DNA of 63,736 nt, the filler included, from Chiloscyllium plagiosum (taxonomy: Eukaryota), in the NCBI RefSeq assembly GCF_004010195.1. It is 3 parts of one record of this genome, joined end to end, with 100 filler letters (N's around TTAATTAATTAA, not from the genome) between each part and the next. Parts side by side here need not be neighbours in the genome. Positions count along the whole stretch, not along the records: positions 46,844 to 63,736 come from NC_057712.1; 2 more parts are not named here. One strand, written 5' to 3'. Positions 48,761 through 62,163 of this stretch are shown in pieces. The position numbers and the translations under genes were made by a program. The first letter of the stretch is position 1; the number at the start of each line of letters is the position of its first letter. The notes under the pieces are model-generated. The model had not been told where the DNA came from, ran no database searches, and saw only the letters and a list, made by a program, of their open reading frames with translations.

Positions 48761-51735
48761 TCTAAAATGACACAAAACTGATGAAGAACTCAATTTTGGA
48801 TATCAAGCATTCAGCTTCAGTACCTTTTTTAGTTGAGATTCTTTTGGCCAAATTTACATACTTACTGAAACAATTACTTGATATGTGATCACTTTTGGTC
48901 TTTGTTCATGGGGTTCTTCATGCTAACTATCACAACAAATCATTCAAGCTTAACGAGAAGTAAGTCCATTTAAGATTCAGTTGCTTATGACTGCAGTGGA
49001 TTTGATATTTTTTCATGGAGATTTGATGAAAATGTTGCTTGGATTGTTGTCAGAAAGAATGGATCGTTAATTTCTTGTAATGGGATGTTTTATCTTTTTG
49101 AGCACTTTCAATTTTCCCACTGTTTTGATTTCAATTTCTGATATCTTGCTTAATTAAATATATTTGAGAACTATCCAGATATTTTAAAATGAGGCTTTCA
49201 TTTTTTTGCTATGAAATGTGTTATGGGAATCTGAAGCTTGTTGATCTGAACCAGTGACCCACCAAAGCTGGTGCGTCAATGGGAGAACAATATTAATAAC
49301 TGGATATTGCTGACACTTACATATTAAAAACTGCCTGAGATATTGAGATGAAGCAATCCACCTGTTTGGCCTGGTGCACAGAAAATAATCTTTGATATCC
49401 CTTCCCATTTACCAGCTGGTGTTATGTGGCAATCACAGGGATAAAGATAAATACATGAAAAATTTCAGGAGCATGCCAGTCTCCCTTCCGATACAGCGAC
49501 TCCAATGATTTATTTGCCAATTTAAGTTGCGTGGTAATCTGCAAGATGCCAAAATAGCATCAAATATACATTCTTCACACTGCAGCATGTGCTCGGTTAG
49601 CAAAAGAGAATTCTCTGACTGGTTTTGCTGGAAAGAATTTTTGTTAAAGTTTTATGTTAATTTCTTTTGGTTGCCTGAAGAAACCAGCAATCTATGGTTG
49701 GTAACTCTTAAGGAACAAATAGTCCCCATTCTGCGTACAAACATTCAATTCCCCCTGGTAATGGGGAGAGGCTTTGTTGGAGGGAGACATATCAAAAAGG
49801 AATCTTGAATCCTATGTTTAATCGAACCAATCCATCTTTATTCCTTATGACTGCCGAGTGAGTGAGGGCCCTCTGTCGGCCACTTTGTTATCCCCATCCA
49901 ATTACAGCATTTTATACATTCCATGGTACAATAATTACATGCCACATTGCCATCATTGTTAGCAACATCCCACTAATATATACATTAAATCTTATAAATA
50001 TCTGATCAATGATGGAAAACTCTATGGACTGCCCTAGGTCCTATCATAATCTCATGATGTTTACCTGAATCCTTTTATCATCTGTTTTTGGCATCTTACA
50101 ATGCATCTCATTCAATCACATTCCGACACTGACAGTTAAACTCCTTCCCAACAGTTGCCAGCAGCATCATATTAATTGCCAATAAATTGATAACTTAGTT
50201 ATCATTAAGAACTCTTCTAAATTTTGCAATTCATATTCTCTATTAACCTTAGTATAGAAGGTTAGAAAGGAGATTAATTTCTACCAATTGTTGTAAAGTC
50301 TTTAAGATCAACCCAAATATAAAGTTAGTATAGTTCTATGACAAGGTTGACAAATTGGGAGCAGCTTCTCTCTCATTTGACCTTGGAAGATCAAACAAAC
50401 ACAGTCTCTCTGTATTGTAGCAGCAATTTACAACCTCTGCAAATTGGTTTTAAACTGCAAGATTAATTCTTGGATAAACCTTACTGTCTCTATTCTAAAC
50501 TGCACCCTTTTATTAAATATGACAGTATTGATTCAAATTCCATTGATAAAGGTGAAATTCAATCACTTGTGCAGCTTTACCAAGTCATTAAAACAAATTT
50601 ATTTGAATTCACTAGGTCCAACAGGACATGATCTCACTCCCACTCTTCTCTTATAATTTGTCTCTGCCACCTTTCCCTTGATCTTTGGATGCAAGGATCT
50701 GCTCAAATTGTCTACAGCTGTACTCTGCTGTTTGATAAGGTATAAAGTTGTAATTGTTTATTTCTCCATAGTCACAATGACTCTGTTTTGCACTCTTTCT
50801 CTACCTCCTTCTGTGCTGTGATACTCATTTAGAAGTTATCTGAGTGCACCATTTGCTGTTTCTGTCCTGGTTGACAGAGCAGGAATCTTCTTTATTGCTT
50901 ATAGCTATCTGCTTAAAGGAATTCAATTAAACCCCTTAGTATTAGTTTGTTGTTGATAATTTTAATTTACAAGTACCTAAAAGAGTTCAAAATATTGTGG
51001 GATCAGTCTTTTCATTGTACATTTTACTAAATACCAATCTTGGAAATGTGGTTAATGCCTCTTTACTCTTTCAATGGTGTTGTTTATTAAACTGCTTATC
51101 AGTCGTGCAAGATTTTCAATTGGTTACACAGGACAGTTTTGGGAGCTTCTGACAAAGAATTTAAAGGTCATAATTAATTGGAGAAGGAAACAGGCAAGAA
51201 CAGAAGCAGATTCCATGATGGGTAGTGCTGATGTCAATTGTGCTGCTAACGAGAGTGGTGCTACATGGGATTTGTGTAGGAAGGGCTCTGGCAGCTCGAG
51301 AGTGGTTGAATAGCTCTGTGGAGTGAGGGCTCAGGGAGGTAATTGAATTGTGGGGTCTTATTAGCAGTTGACTGCCGTTTATAATTCATTGGAACTTTGA
51401 GCGAGTCTATACATTTGCTTTCTGCAGCTGGACCAGACTAGCTCCCAGTAACAAACTGGAATTGTGCACACTATTATTAAGATCTGGGAAGAATACTGAG
51501 GGATCTGTGGTATCTGTCTTGATCACAATAGTTATTAGCTGTGCACTCTGGGATATTCAATTACAGTCTATTGCTGATTTTTGCACATGTTAATTGTGAG
51601 TGCTTGAAATATATTGTACATTTATTGGAAATTGTATCACTGTTCTGATATTGTGAAGATTTCTGTTTGTTCAAAACAATGAATAGTTTGGCAATATTCG
51701 ATTTACAAATCCCTTCCATCTCATGCTGTATTTAC

Positions 51736-54700
51736 TGTTATGGACTAGACCAGACCCCCTCAAAATATACTAAGAAAATAGTCTCTAATTTTTTTTATTT
51801 TAAAAGTAGATGCAATTTGATAGTTTGATCAATCAGCAAAACATATTTTATTCACACACTCTAGTTAAAATACAATAAAAGAAAAATAAAATAATTAGTT
51901 TAGCTGTAACTCCATTGGAAAATATAACAGAATAAGATTAGTTAGCTACTAAAATGTAACTGTTCCAATATAGTAACATCCTATAAACACATCCTTGGCA
52001 AAAGGCAAATTCAATAAAATAGTTAATCTCACATGCAGTCTAGCAGCAGGAAAAGACCCCCTTGCTTTTCACTGTAACCGGGACAGGGAAAATTAGCAAT
52101 TTTACCAAAAATATACACAGAAGAAGAATCTGACTGTATTCTAGAATGTTACTATCTTAAAAAATGATGTCTTGATGAGGAAATGGAGACCATCACATCT
52201 ACAGGCAGATAAAAAACTGGCAGAAGTTCATCAAATTGTATTATAGAAATGAAGTGTTACAGCTGCACACGAATTACTAGTAGGAGGTCATTTAGGGGTA
52301 AGAAAAACTCAAGCCAAAGTGTAAAAACATTTGTATTGGCCTGGACTGCATAATGATGTTGTATTTTGCCAGATATGTCATAAATGTCAGGTAATTGAAA
52401 AACCTCAGGTAGTGATAAAATCATCACATTTAATACCCATTCCTGCAACTGAGTAACCTTCAACGAGAGTGTTAATCAATTCCATAGTACCCCTAACTAA
52501 AACAAAAATTGGGAATCAGTATTTGTTGACCATAATGGATGTGTCCACCAGATTTCCAGAGGACACTCCATTATGCAATATTACAGCTTAAAAGGATTGT
52601 AGATTATTCAAATTTTTCACTAGGTACGAACTATCCAGAGTGGTACAATCTGATCAAAGGTCAAACTTTACATCAAAATTACTTAGGGAAGTTATGGATA
52701 GCTTAGGAATAAAACAATTTAAATCTGTGGAGTACCATCCAGAACCACAGACACTAACATGGTGGAATCAAGCTTCATAGACCATGTTGAAGACTTACAG
52801 TCAAGACATTCTGGAAGATGGGGATGCAGGAATTCCATTTGTACTTTTTGCTATCATGGGTACACCAAACGAATCTATCAAGTTCAGTCCATCTGCATTA
52901 GTCTTTGGGCATGAGGTGAAAGGACCACTGAAATTAACTAGGAGAAATTGTTGAGTCAGAATTCAAAGACTACATATTTAGACTATGTGTAAAATTTTAG
53001 GCTAAGAATAAATAGAGTGGGTGAGTTGGCTCGACAGCATTTTAAAATAGTACAGCCTGTGATAAAACAAGAAACAGTCAAGAAGTCAAAAATTCACAAT
53101 TTTGCCAGTGGAGTTGATGTGTTAGTGTTACTTTCAGTGATAGGTGAACCTTCAAAAGCAAAGTTTCGTGGACCTTATTAAATCAAAAGGGGATTGAATG
53201 TGGTGAATTATTTGAAAAGAACACCAGTTAGAAAGAAATCTCACACCATGTGTTACACAAATGTGCTCAAAATTTTGATAAGGAAGAAAAGCAAAATGAG
53301 AATGTGTTACTGGTTACAACACAGATTGAAGAACCATATTCAGAGAACTCTGAATTAGACATTCCTCAAGTTAACTTGGACAATGACAACGTTCTCAAAG
53401 ATTGGGATAAATTATTGAGTTTCCTTCCAGAGGAAAATGGAAATGATCTGAAAGAGCTTTTACTATCACATGGGGAAATATATGGGAATATACTGGGAAG
53501 TACTAATATAATTATGCAAGATGTTTATATAGGAAATGCTGTTAAAATTAAACAACATCTTTACAGACTTAACCATCTAAAGTTGGCATAGGTTCAAAAA
53601 GAGGTTGAACACATGCTCAAAGATAACATAATCAAAGTGAGTTGCAGTGGCTAGAGTTTACCTGTAGTAATGGGACCAAAACCCAATGATTATGTATGGG
53701 CTATTGCAAAGTCAATATTATAATGTTTGATTCATATCCTATTCCATATTTGGAAGAGTGTATTGAGAAGGTAGGACAATCAACTTATATTATAAGTTTG
53801 ACTTAGTCAGAGAATACTGGCAGGTACCTTTATCCAAAAGAATGAAGGCAATTTCAGCTTTTGTGACACTGAATGAACTATATCAATTTAAAGTCATGCC
53901 ATTTGGCATGAAATAAAACAACAGCCACATTTCAAAGACTAATCAATAAGGTCATTTCTGGATTACCCAATTGTGTACTGTACATTGATGACCTGGTGAG
54001 TTTTAGTCACAGATAGAAGGAACATTTGGAGCATCTATTGGAATTGTTTAATTGACTTGGGAGGCAGGCTCAGTGGTAAACCTGGCTAAGAGTGAAATGA
54101 CAAAAGCCCAGGTTACATTCCTAGGCCATGTTATTGGACATGGACAGGTGGCCCCATAGAATGCAAAAACAAAAATTATTGGGGAGTTTCCCATACCATT
54201 GACAAAGAGAGCAATATTACGATTCCTGGGATTGAATGGGTTTTATTGGATGGTTGTACCAAATTTAATCAGTGCAGTTGCTCCACTGACTGACTTATTG
54301 AAGAAATGCAAAAACCTTTGGTGGACAGCAGACTGTCAGAGACATTTGACAACCTGAAATCTCTGTAAACCATTGCCCCAGTATTAGCGAGCGATGTGGG
54401 TTTTGGTGCTGTGCTCTTGAAAGAAGATGATGAGAAGATAGAAAGAACTATTGAGTATTTTTCCAAAAAAAACTGAGTAATCAAGAGAAATATTCCACAA
54501 CTGAGAAGGGAACCTTAAGCTTGTTGTTGCCCATTACAACATTTATTCTGTCAGTAATGTGTCTGAGGCAATTTTATATACTGATCATAACCCATTTATG
54601 TTTTTGGAGAAATTTAAGGGCAAAAGTTCCAGGCTGCTTAGCTGAAACTTATTATTGCAACCATTCAATTTGAAAATTATACATGTAGCAAGTTGAAAAA

Positions 54701-55163
54701 GCATTATTGCTAATGCATTGTCATGAGACTTAAATGAAAAAAGATGGAGGCATTTGGTGGTGAGAGTAAATGGACTGAAATTGATTGTAGAAGTGATTAT
54801 TTGCATGCTCAGAGTCAACGTAATGGATATTTATTGTAGTATTACTAGTAGAGTAAGTCTAAGAGTTTTAAAAATGAAACTATCTTTTGTAAGGGGGAGG
54901 TATGACAATACTGTCACTTTAATAAGCTATTTTGTCCTGGTTCCTTTTGAAGAGAGGTTGGAAGGCAGAGGTGTGGTGCGGTCTCTAAGAAAGTAAACAA
55001 TTTGTGAGGACTTGGGATTTTTTTTTAAGTTGGAACAACGGAAGCCCCCTGGGTAGGGCCAGCTCTCACGGACCAAGGTTTCTGGGTTTTTTTTAGTTTT
55101 TACGTTTAGATTTATGCAGAGGCCTTTGAGGTCCCAAAAGAGTCGGAGTGTCAGTGAATGTCC
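51736..55163 (+). mobile_element. Gmr1-like Ty3/gypsy LTR retrotransposon, decayed (INT-RT-RH order)
   Basis: Integrase (NQYLLTIMDVSTRFPE, VQSDQRSNF, ~52430-52950) precedes RT (YIDDL at ~53980) and RNase H (ASDVGFGAVL, YTDHNP). PPT aagggggagg at 54891-54900, then a 3' LTR running into an N gap. Confidence 0.88.
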
Positions 55164-55663
55164 NNNNNNNNNNNNNNNNNNNNNNNNNNNNNNNNNNNNN
55201 NNNNNNNNNNNNNNNNNNNNNNNNNNNNNNNNNNNNNNNNNNNNNNNNNNNNNNNNNNNNNNNNNNNNNNNNNNNNNNNNNNNNNNNNNNNNNNNNNNNN
55301 NNNNNNNNNNNNNNNNNNNNNNNNNNNNNNNNNNNNNNNNNNNNNNNNNNNNNNNNNNNNNNNNNNNNNNNNNNNNNNNNNNNNNNNNNNNNNNNNNNNN
55401 NNNNNNNNNNNNNNNNNNNNNNNNNNNNNNNNNNNNNNNNNNNNNNNNNNNNNNNNNNNNNNNNNNNNNNNNNNNNNNNNNNNNNNNNNNNNNNNNNNNN
55501 NNNNNNNNNNNNNNNNNNNNNNNNNNNNNNNNNNNNNNNNNNNNNNNNNNNNNNNNNNNNNNNNNNNNNNNNNNNNNNNNNNNNNNNNNNNNNNNNNNNN
55601 NNNNNNNNNNNNNNNNNNNNNNNNNNNNNNNNNNNNNNNNNNNNNNNNNNNNNNNNNNNNNNN

Positions 55664-56057
55664 TAGCATATGGCACACAGACATTAGCGTGTGACATTGA
55701 CATTCATGTGGCACACTGACATTAGCGTGTGACACACTGACATTAGGGTGTGACACACTGATATTAGTCTGTGACGCACTGACACTAGCATGCGGCACAC
55801 TGACATTTGAGTGACACACTGTCATTAGCATGTGACACACTGACATTAGCTTGTGGCACACAGACATTAGCGTGTGACACACTGACATTCGTGTTGCACA
55901 CTGACATTAGCGTGTGATACACCGATATTAGCCTGTGATACACTGACATTAGTGTGCAGCACACTGACATTTGAGTAACACACTGACGTTTGTGTGACAC
56001 ACTGATATGAATGTGTAACACTGACATATGTATGAAACACTGATATTCATGAGACAC
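55664..56057. repeat. 21-bp satellite (acattagcgtgtgacacactg), left block
   Basis: Tandem 21-mers, which also give the 7-aa periodic TLMSVCH pseudo-ORF. Confidence 0.92.
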
Positions 56058-59000
56058 AGGCCAGACCCCTTCAAAACAATTTTGAGAAGTTAGCCCAGTC
56101 CCTAACTTTTCTGGTTGTTTTCGGCAGATGTGAGGTGGATATCCCAGGAGTGATGGAGCTGGTCAAACCACTCACCTTTACGCAAAACAGAATTTATTTA
56201 CACACCACTGAATAAAAGACAAACAAAGAAAACAGACTTCAGGACGACAACTGTTTGAAAACCCAACTCACACGATCTCTGCACTTTACAAAGAGCTGTT
56301 CCAATTTCCTGCAAGATCCCCATAAACACACCCCTTGGGGAAAAAAGGGTAAATTCAGACACAGATTCGTACAGGAGTGATGTCAGAGAGAGAAAGAATC
56401 CACCAAGGATCATTGGCTGAAGCATGGAACTTCTTTTCCCTGTCTCCAGCTAAAACTAAACCAAACTGGAAAAATCCCTGAACTGGGTGAACAGGCCCCT
56501 CCCCTTTCAGTGTACAAGTGTTTTAAATAAAACCTAAAAGCCATGTTGCCTGAGGCAGTATCTGTTAGCTATAATCAAAATGGTCTAATCAGCTAATACT
56601 GGGGCAATCATTAACAGCTTTCAGGCTGTCAAATGCTTTCTGGCAGCCCGCTGTCCACTGAATTCGTCTTGCCTTTCTGTAGTAACTCAGTGATCGGAGC
56701 AGCCACACCACTAACATTTCCGATAAAACCCACTCAATCCCAGGAATTGTAGTACTACTCTTTTCATCAATGGTACAGGAATTTCCCCAATTACCTTAGT
56801 TTTTACATTCCATGGGGCCATTTATCCACATCCAATAACATAGCCCAGGAAGGTGACTTAAGCTTTGGCAAATTCACTTTTAGCCAGGATTATCACCAAG
56901 CCTACCTCCTAAAGTTGATTTAAGCTATTCCAATAAATGTTGCAAGTGTTCCTTTCATGTGTGACTAAAAATCACCAGGTCATCAATATATACCACACAG
57001 TTGGGTAATACAGAAATGACCATGTTAGATAGTCTCTGAAATGTGGCTGGCACATTTTTCATACATGACTTTAAGTTAATCGTCCAATCAGTGTTATGAA
57101 AGCTGAAATTGTCTTCGCTCTTTCCGACAAAGGTACCTGCCAGTTATCCTTTTATAAATATGTGTTGCTTGTCCCACCTTCTCAACACAGTCTTCCAAAC
57201 ATGGAATCAAATATGCATCAGTCTTTGTAACGGCATTGACTTTGCGATAGTCCACATATAACCATTGGGTACCATCTGGTTTTGGCACCATTACAATGGA
57301 TGAGCTCTAGTCACTGTAACTCACTTTGATTATGTTATCTTAGAGCATGCATTCAATCTCCTTTTGAACCTGTGCCAACTTCAGAGGGTAATGCCTATAA
57401 ATGTGTTGCTTAATCGGAATAGCATCTCCTACGTCTCCTGCATCTCCTATCTCATGCATAATTAGGTTAGTACTTCCCAGCTTATTTCCACATATCTCCC
57501 CATGCAATAGTATTAACTCTTTCAGGTCATTTTGATTTTCCTCTGGAAGGTAACTCAATAACTTATCCCAATTTTTGACAACTTCCTCATTGTGCAATTT
57601 AATTTGAGGAATGGCCAATACAGAATCCTCTGAACTTGGTTCTTCCCTCTGTGTTGTAACCAATAACACAACCTCCTTTGGCTTACCTTCCCTGCCAAAA
57701 TACCTTTTGAACATATTCACATGACACACTCTTTGAGATTCCTTTCTGTCTGGAGTCCTTATCAAATAGTTCACCTCACTCAATCACCTTTCGACTTGAT
57801 AAGGTCCACTAAACCTTGCTTTAAAAGGTTCACCTATCACTGTAAAAGGTTTCTCTGATGCAGGAATAGGTATTAAAGGTGTGGGTTTTATTACTACCTG
57901 TAGTTTTCCAATTACCTGACATGTTTGACATGTCTGGCAAAATTCAACAGCATCCTTATGCAGTCCAGGCCAGTAAAAATGGTTTTGTATTTTTAGCTTG
58001 TGTTTTTCTTATCCCTAAATTACCTCTTACTGGTAGTTCATGCACCACCTGCAACATTTCCTTTCTATAACCCACTGGCAATACGACTTGATGAACCTCT
58101 GCCTATTTATCATCTGCCTGAATATGTGATGGCTTCCATTTCCTCATTAAGACATTAGCTGTAAGATAGTAACATTGAGAGATATATTCAGATTCTACTA
58201 CTGCATTTGCCCCTTGATACAATTGCTTCAAATTTTCATTTTTCTGCTGTAACTCAGTTAATTTCTCTGAGCTAAAGATATCTACTTTGTCATCTATCTA
58301 CTCCTGATTTGTCTCAACCATTTGATCAAATAAATCTGCTAATTGCACTTCAACTTTCCTATCTGTATTCTCCTGTTTCAACTGGTACTTTGTGACTTTG
58401 TTACCACACAGTCAGGAAAAAACCCAGGATATGTATCCTGTTATAGTTCAGTTGCCTGAGTTTCCACTGGCTTTTCAACAACAATAGGCAGCACTCCAAC
58501 TGTGAACCAGCTTTATCGTTAGCAAGGACAAATTTTATTCCTGGAGCTGAGGGTTTGTCCAGTAATCCTACCACCACTTCCCCACTCTTCACTCTTTGTA
58601 ACTGAGCACTTCTTGCCTCACTATGGATTCCACTTATTGGTACCTTTTCCAGCAATAGTCCTTTGGAGGTATATATCTCCTCGTCTTTCAGCATTAACGA
58701 TTGAGAGGATCCTGTATCTCTTTATATTGCCACCTCTCTACCTGCTGCTCCTGGCCTATGTGAGTAAACATTGCATTCATAGGTATATGGTTTAAGAAGA
58801 TTTGGTACTTCCTCCTTAACCAACCCTCTGACCAGCTTGTACATTCTGGTGCAGACTTTCAGCTTCCACTGTGCATTCCTTTACCACTCCCAACACAATT
58901 CACCGGCTTATCCCGTTTTCCTATATCTGGCTTCCCAGTGCTTTTCCTAACCCAATAACACTGTGATTTCATGTGGCTTACTTCATTGCAGTGAAAACAC

Positions 59001-60913
59001 TGGAGCTTTTTAACATCTCTTTCCCCTTCATGGGTTACCTTTTTACCCTGGGGTAAGTTATCCTTATGAACTTCACCGAGATCTACTTTTCCCTTTCCAT
59101 GTGAGGATTTCTCTTTTCCCTGATTTCTATCCCTCACAGATTGAAGTTGATGTTGGAAGTCAAACTTTGACTTATGGACCAACTCATGATCATCAGCCAT
59201 TTCAGCTGCTAATCTTGCTGTTTTAACTCTCTGCTTTTCCACATGGGTTCTCACTGCTACAGAAAGTGAATTTTTGAACTCCTCCGAAATGATTGTCTCT
59301 GTAAGAGCATCATAGGTTTGCTCGAATTTTAATGCCCTTATCCAACTATCCAAATACTTTATTTGATCTTTTCAAACTCAATGTACGTTTGACCAGGGTC
59401 TCTCCTTCGATTCCTGAAACATTGTCTGGAGGCTTCTGGCACAAACTCGCGCATTTAAGATGACTTTCTCCACCTCCTCATACACCCCGGATCCCTCCTC
59501 TGATAGTGATGCAAATACCTCACTAGCTCGACCTACAAGTTTTGTTTGGATCAACCCAAACCCACATGGTGACTGGCCACTGCATTTGTTTAGCTACTTT
59601 TTAAAATGAGATGAAAAAGGCTTCCACATCCTTCTCATCAAATTTCGGCAATGTTTGGATATTTTTAAACAGGGCCTCACCAGGTCTTGGGCTACCACGG
59701 GTTGCTCATCCTCACTCTTCCCCACTGTGCTTACCATCTGCCTTCATCTTCATCCTTTTAAACTGACTTCCCTGCCTCTGTGCCAGTTTCTGAAGTTCAA
59801 AATCTCTCTTTTTCTTCCTTTTCTCTCTCTCTCTGTCTTTTTCTCTTTCCTCTGCTTTTAATCATAAGTCAAACAGTTTCGTTTCTTTTTCTCTTTTTTT
59901 TACCTTTTGCCTCTAACTCAAGCTGCTTCTTTTCAATTGAATGTTATCCATCTCTAAAGATTCTGATGGCATTTCCAGCAAATTTAAATTATGAGCTCTT
60001 GCTGTAATCATCTCTCCTTTCCTCACCTTTCCTCCAGCTCCAGCTTATCTGCTAACTCCAGCAACTTGGCCTTAACTGCCTTTTGCAAAACCCCCCCAAA
60101 GTCACTTCTTTCAGCCCCAGAAAACTATTAGTAACTGAAAGAGCCATTACTACAAAAAACACTGTTTAAACCAACACCCAGAACAAAAGATACTAACGCT
60201 TACCACTCACTGCCCTCTAGTTCAACAACCCTAGTCTCAAATTGGTACTATAGAATAAATCCTGCAAAGAGATCCAAGACTGTCATGGACCGGACAGATC
60301 CCCTCCACTCATTTTTAAGAAGTTAGCCCAGTCCCTAACTTTTCTGGTTGTTTTCGGCAGGTGTGAGGTGGATATCCCAGGAGTAATGGAGCTGGTCAAA
60401 CCACTCACCTTTACGCAAAACAGAATTTATTTACACACCACTAAATAAAAGACAAACAAAGAAAACAGACTTCAGGACGACAACTGTTTGAAAACCCAAC
60501 TGACCCTGCAACTTAACAAAGAGCTGTTCCAATTTCCTGCAAGATCCCCATAAACACACCCCTTGGCAAAAAGAGGTAAATTCAGACACAGATTCGTACA
60601 GGAGTGATGTCAGAGAGAGAAAGAATCCACCAAGGATCATTGGCTGAAGCATGGAACTTCTTTTCCCTGCCTCCAGCTAAAACTAAACCAAACTGGAAAA
60701 ATCCCTGAATTGGATGAACTGGCCACTCCCCTTTCAGTGTACAAGTATTTTAAATAAAACCTAAAAGCCCTTTTCCCTGACTGTTGCCTGAGGCAGTATC
60801 TGTTAGCTATAATCAAAGTGGCCCAATCTCAGAGAAATTGGAACCTCTGGCTTTTACAATCCCTTTTGAAAAAAACTAAGGATAACACAATCTCACTTTT
60901 TTTCATTGTCACA
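56058..60913 (-). mobile_element. Gmr1-like gypsy element with two LTRs and internal deletions
   Basis: 5' LTR at 60281-60913 (TG...CA) and a partial 3' LTR at 56058-56590 that is highly similar to it. Gag has EEFKNSL...AAEMADD and CFHCNEVSHMKSQC. Protease RDTGSSQSL at ~58690-58722. RT has VPKPDG..YVDYRKVN and YIDD. Confidence 0.9.
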
Positions 60914-61680
60914 CTGACATTAGCATGTCACCCATTGACATTACCATGGAATACTGACATTAGTGTAGCACACTTATCTTTAGCATGACACACTGACATT
61001 CATATGAAACAGTGACATTCATGTGACACACTAACATTAACATGAGACACACTGACTTTAGTATGATGCACTGACATATGTGTGACACACTGACTTTAGA
61101 GTGACTCACTGACATTTGTGTGACACGCTGATATTAATGTGACACACTGACATTCATGAGACACACTGACTTTAGTATGATGCACTGACATATGTGTGAC
61201 ACACTGACATTAACGTGTAACACATTGACTTTAGCATGTCACATTGAACTTTAGCATGACTCATTGACATTCATATGACACACTGATATTCGTGCAAAAC
61301 ACAACTTCATGTGACACACTGACATTCAAGTGATACTCTGATGTTCGTATGGGACACAGTGACATTCTTATGACACACTGACTTCAGCATGACACACTGA
61401 CATTCATGTGACACACTGACATCAATGTGGAACACCTACGTTAATATATAACTTTATTAATGTGAAACATTGATAGTTATGTGGAACACCGACATTTGTG
61501 TGTTACACTGACATTAATTTGGCACACTGACATTACTATGTATCTTTGATATTAATGTGTTACACTGACATTTATGTGGCACTGACATTAGAGTGTGACA
61601 CACTGACCTTAATGATGTTACACTGGCATTAGTGTATAACAATGATATTAATACGGCACACTGATGTTAACTGGTATTAA
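60914..61680. repeat. 19-21 bp satellite, right block (continuation beyond the LTR element)
   Basis: The same tgacacactgacatt core, becoming more degenerate rightwards. Confidence 0.9.
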
Positions 61681-61849
61681 TGGTTCCAACATTTGCTATT
61701 AATATGTGGGAGATGTGTTTGTGTAAATATAAACTGGAGTTCTGTTAGGGTCAAGCTGTGGCCTGGTTATGTTCTACCTGCAGGACCTTCAACACAACAT
61801 GAATTTACACCATTTGCAAAGGCGTTACCGTATGGTACTGAGTCAGACG

Positions 61850-62163
61850 AGGGGGTAATGGCCGAGTGGTATTATTGCTAAACTGTGAATCCGGAGACCC
61901 AGGTAATCTTCTGGGGACCTGGGTTCAAATCCTACCATGGCAGATATTGGAATTTGAATTCAATGAAAATCTGGAATTAAGAGTCTAATGATAACCATTG
62001 TTGATTGTCAGGAAAAACCCATCTGGTTCACTAATGTCCTTTGGGGAGGGAAACTGAGGTCCTTACCTGGTCTGATTCTAAACACGCAGCAATGTGGTTG
62101 ACTCTTCACTGGCCTCTGGGCAAATACAGATGGACAATAAATGTTGCCCAGCCAGTGATGCCC
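61850..62163 (+). mobile_element. tRNA-derived SINE with LINE-type 3' tail
   Basis: A box tggccgagtgg and B box ggttcaaatcc. The tail aataaatgttgcccagccagtgatgccc resembles the 3' end of the 29770-32290 LINE family. Confidence 0.75.

Noticed and set aside
48800..51700. AT-rich non-repetitive stretch whose minus-strand translation has Cys-rich patches (possible decayed viral or env sequence)
   Set aside because: Manual translation shows frequent stops, roughly as expected by chance, and no motif I can name. A frameshift-aware BLASTX would be needed to revive it.
54927..56057. Long ORFs spanning the 500-N gap and TLMSVCH repeats
   Set aside because: Artefacts of Ns and of the 21-bp satellite period.
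60258..60280. Possible tRNA-Pro primer-binding site (minus strand ttggatctctttgcaggat)
   Set aside because: Correct position, but too degenerate to assign a tRNA.
55664..61680. CRISPR-like appearance of the palindromic 21-bp repeats
   Set aside because: Units are directly adjacent with no unique spacers, there are no cas genes, and the context is vertebrate.
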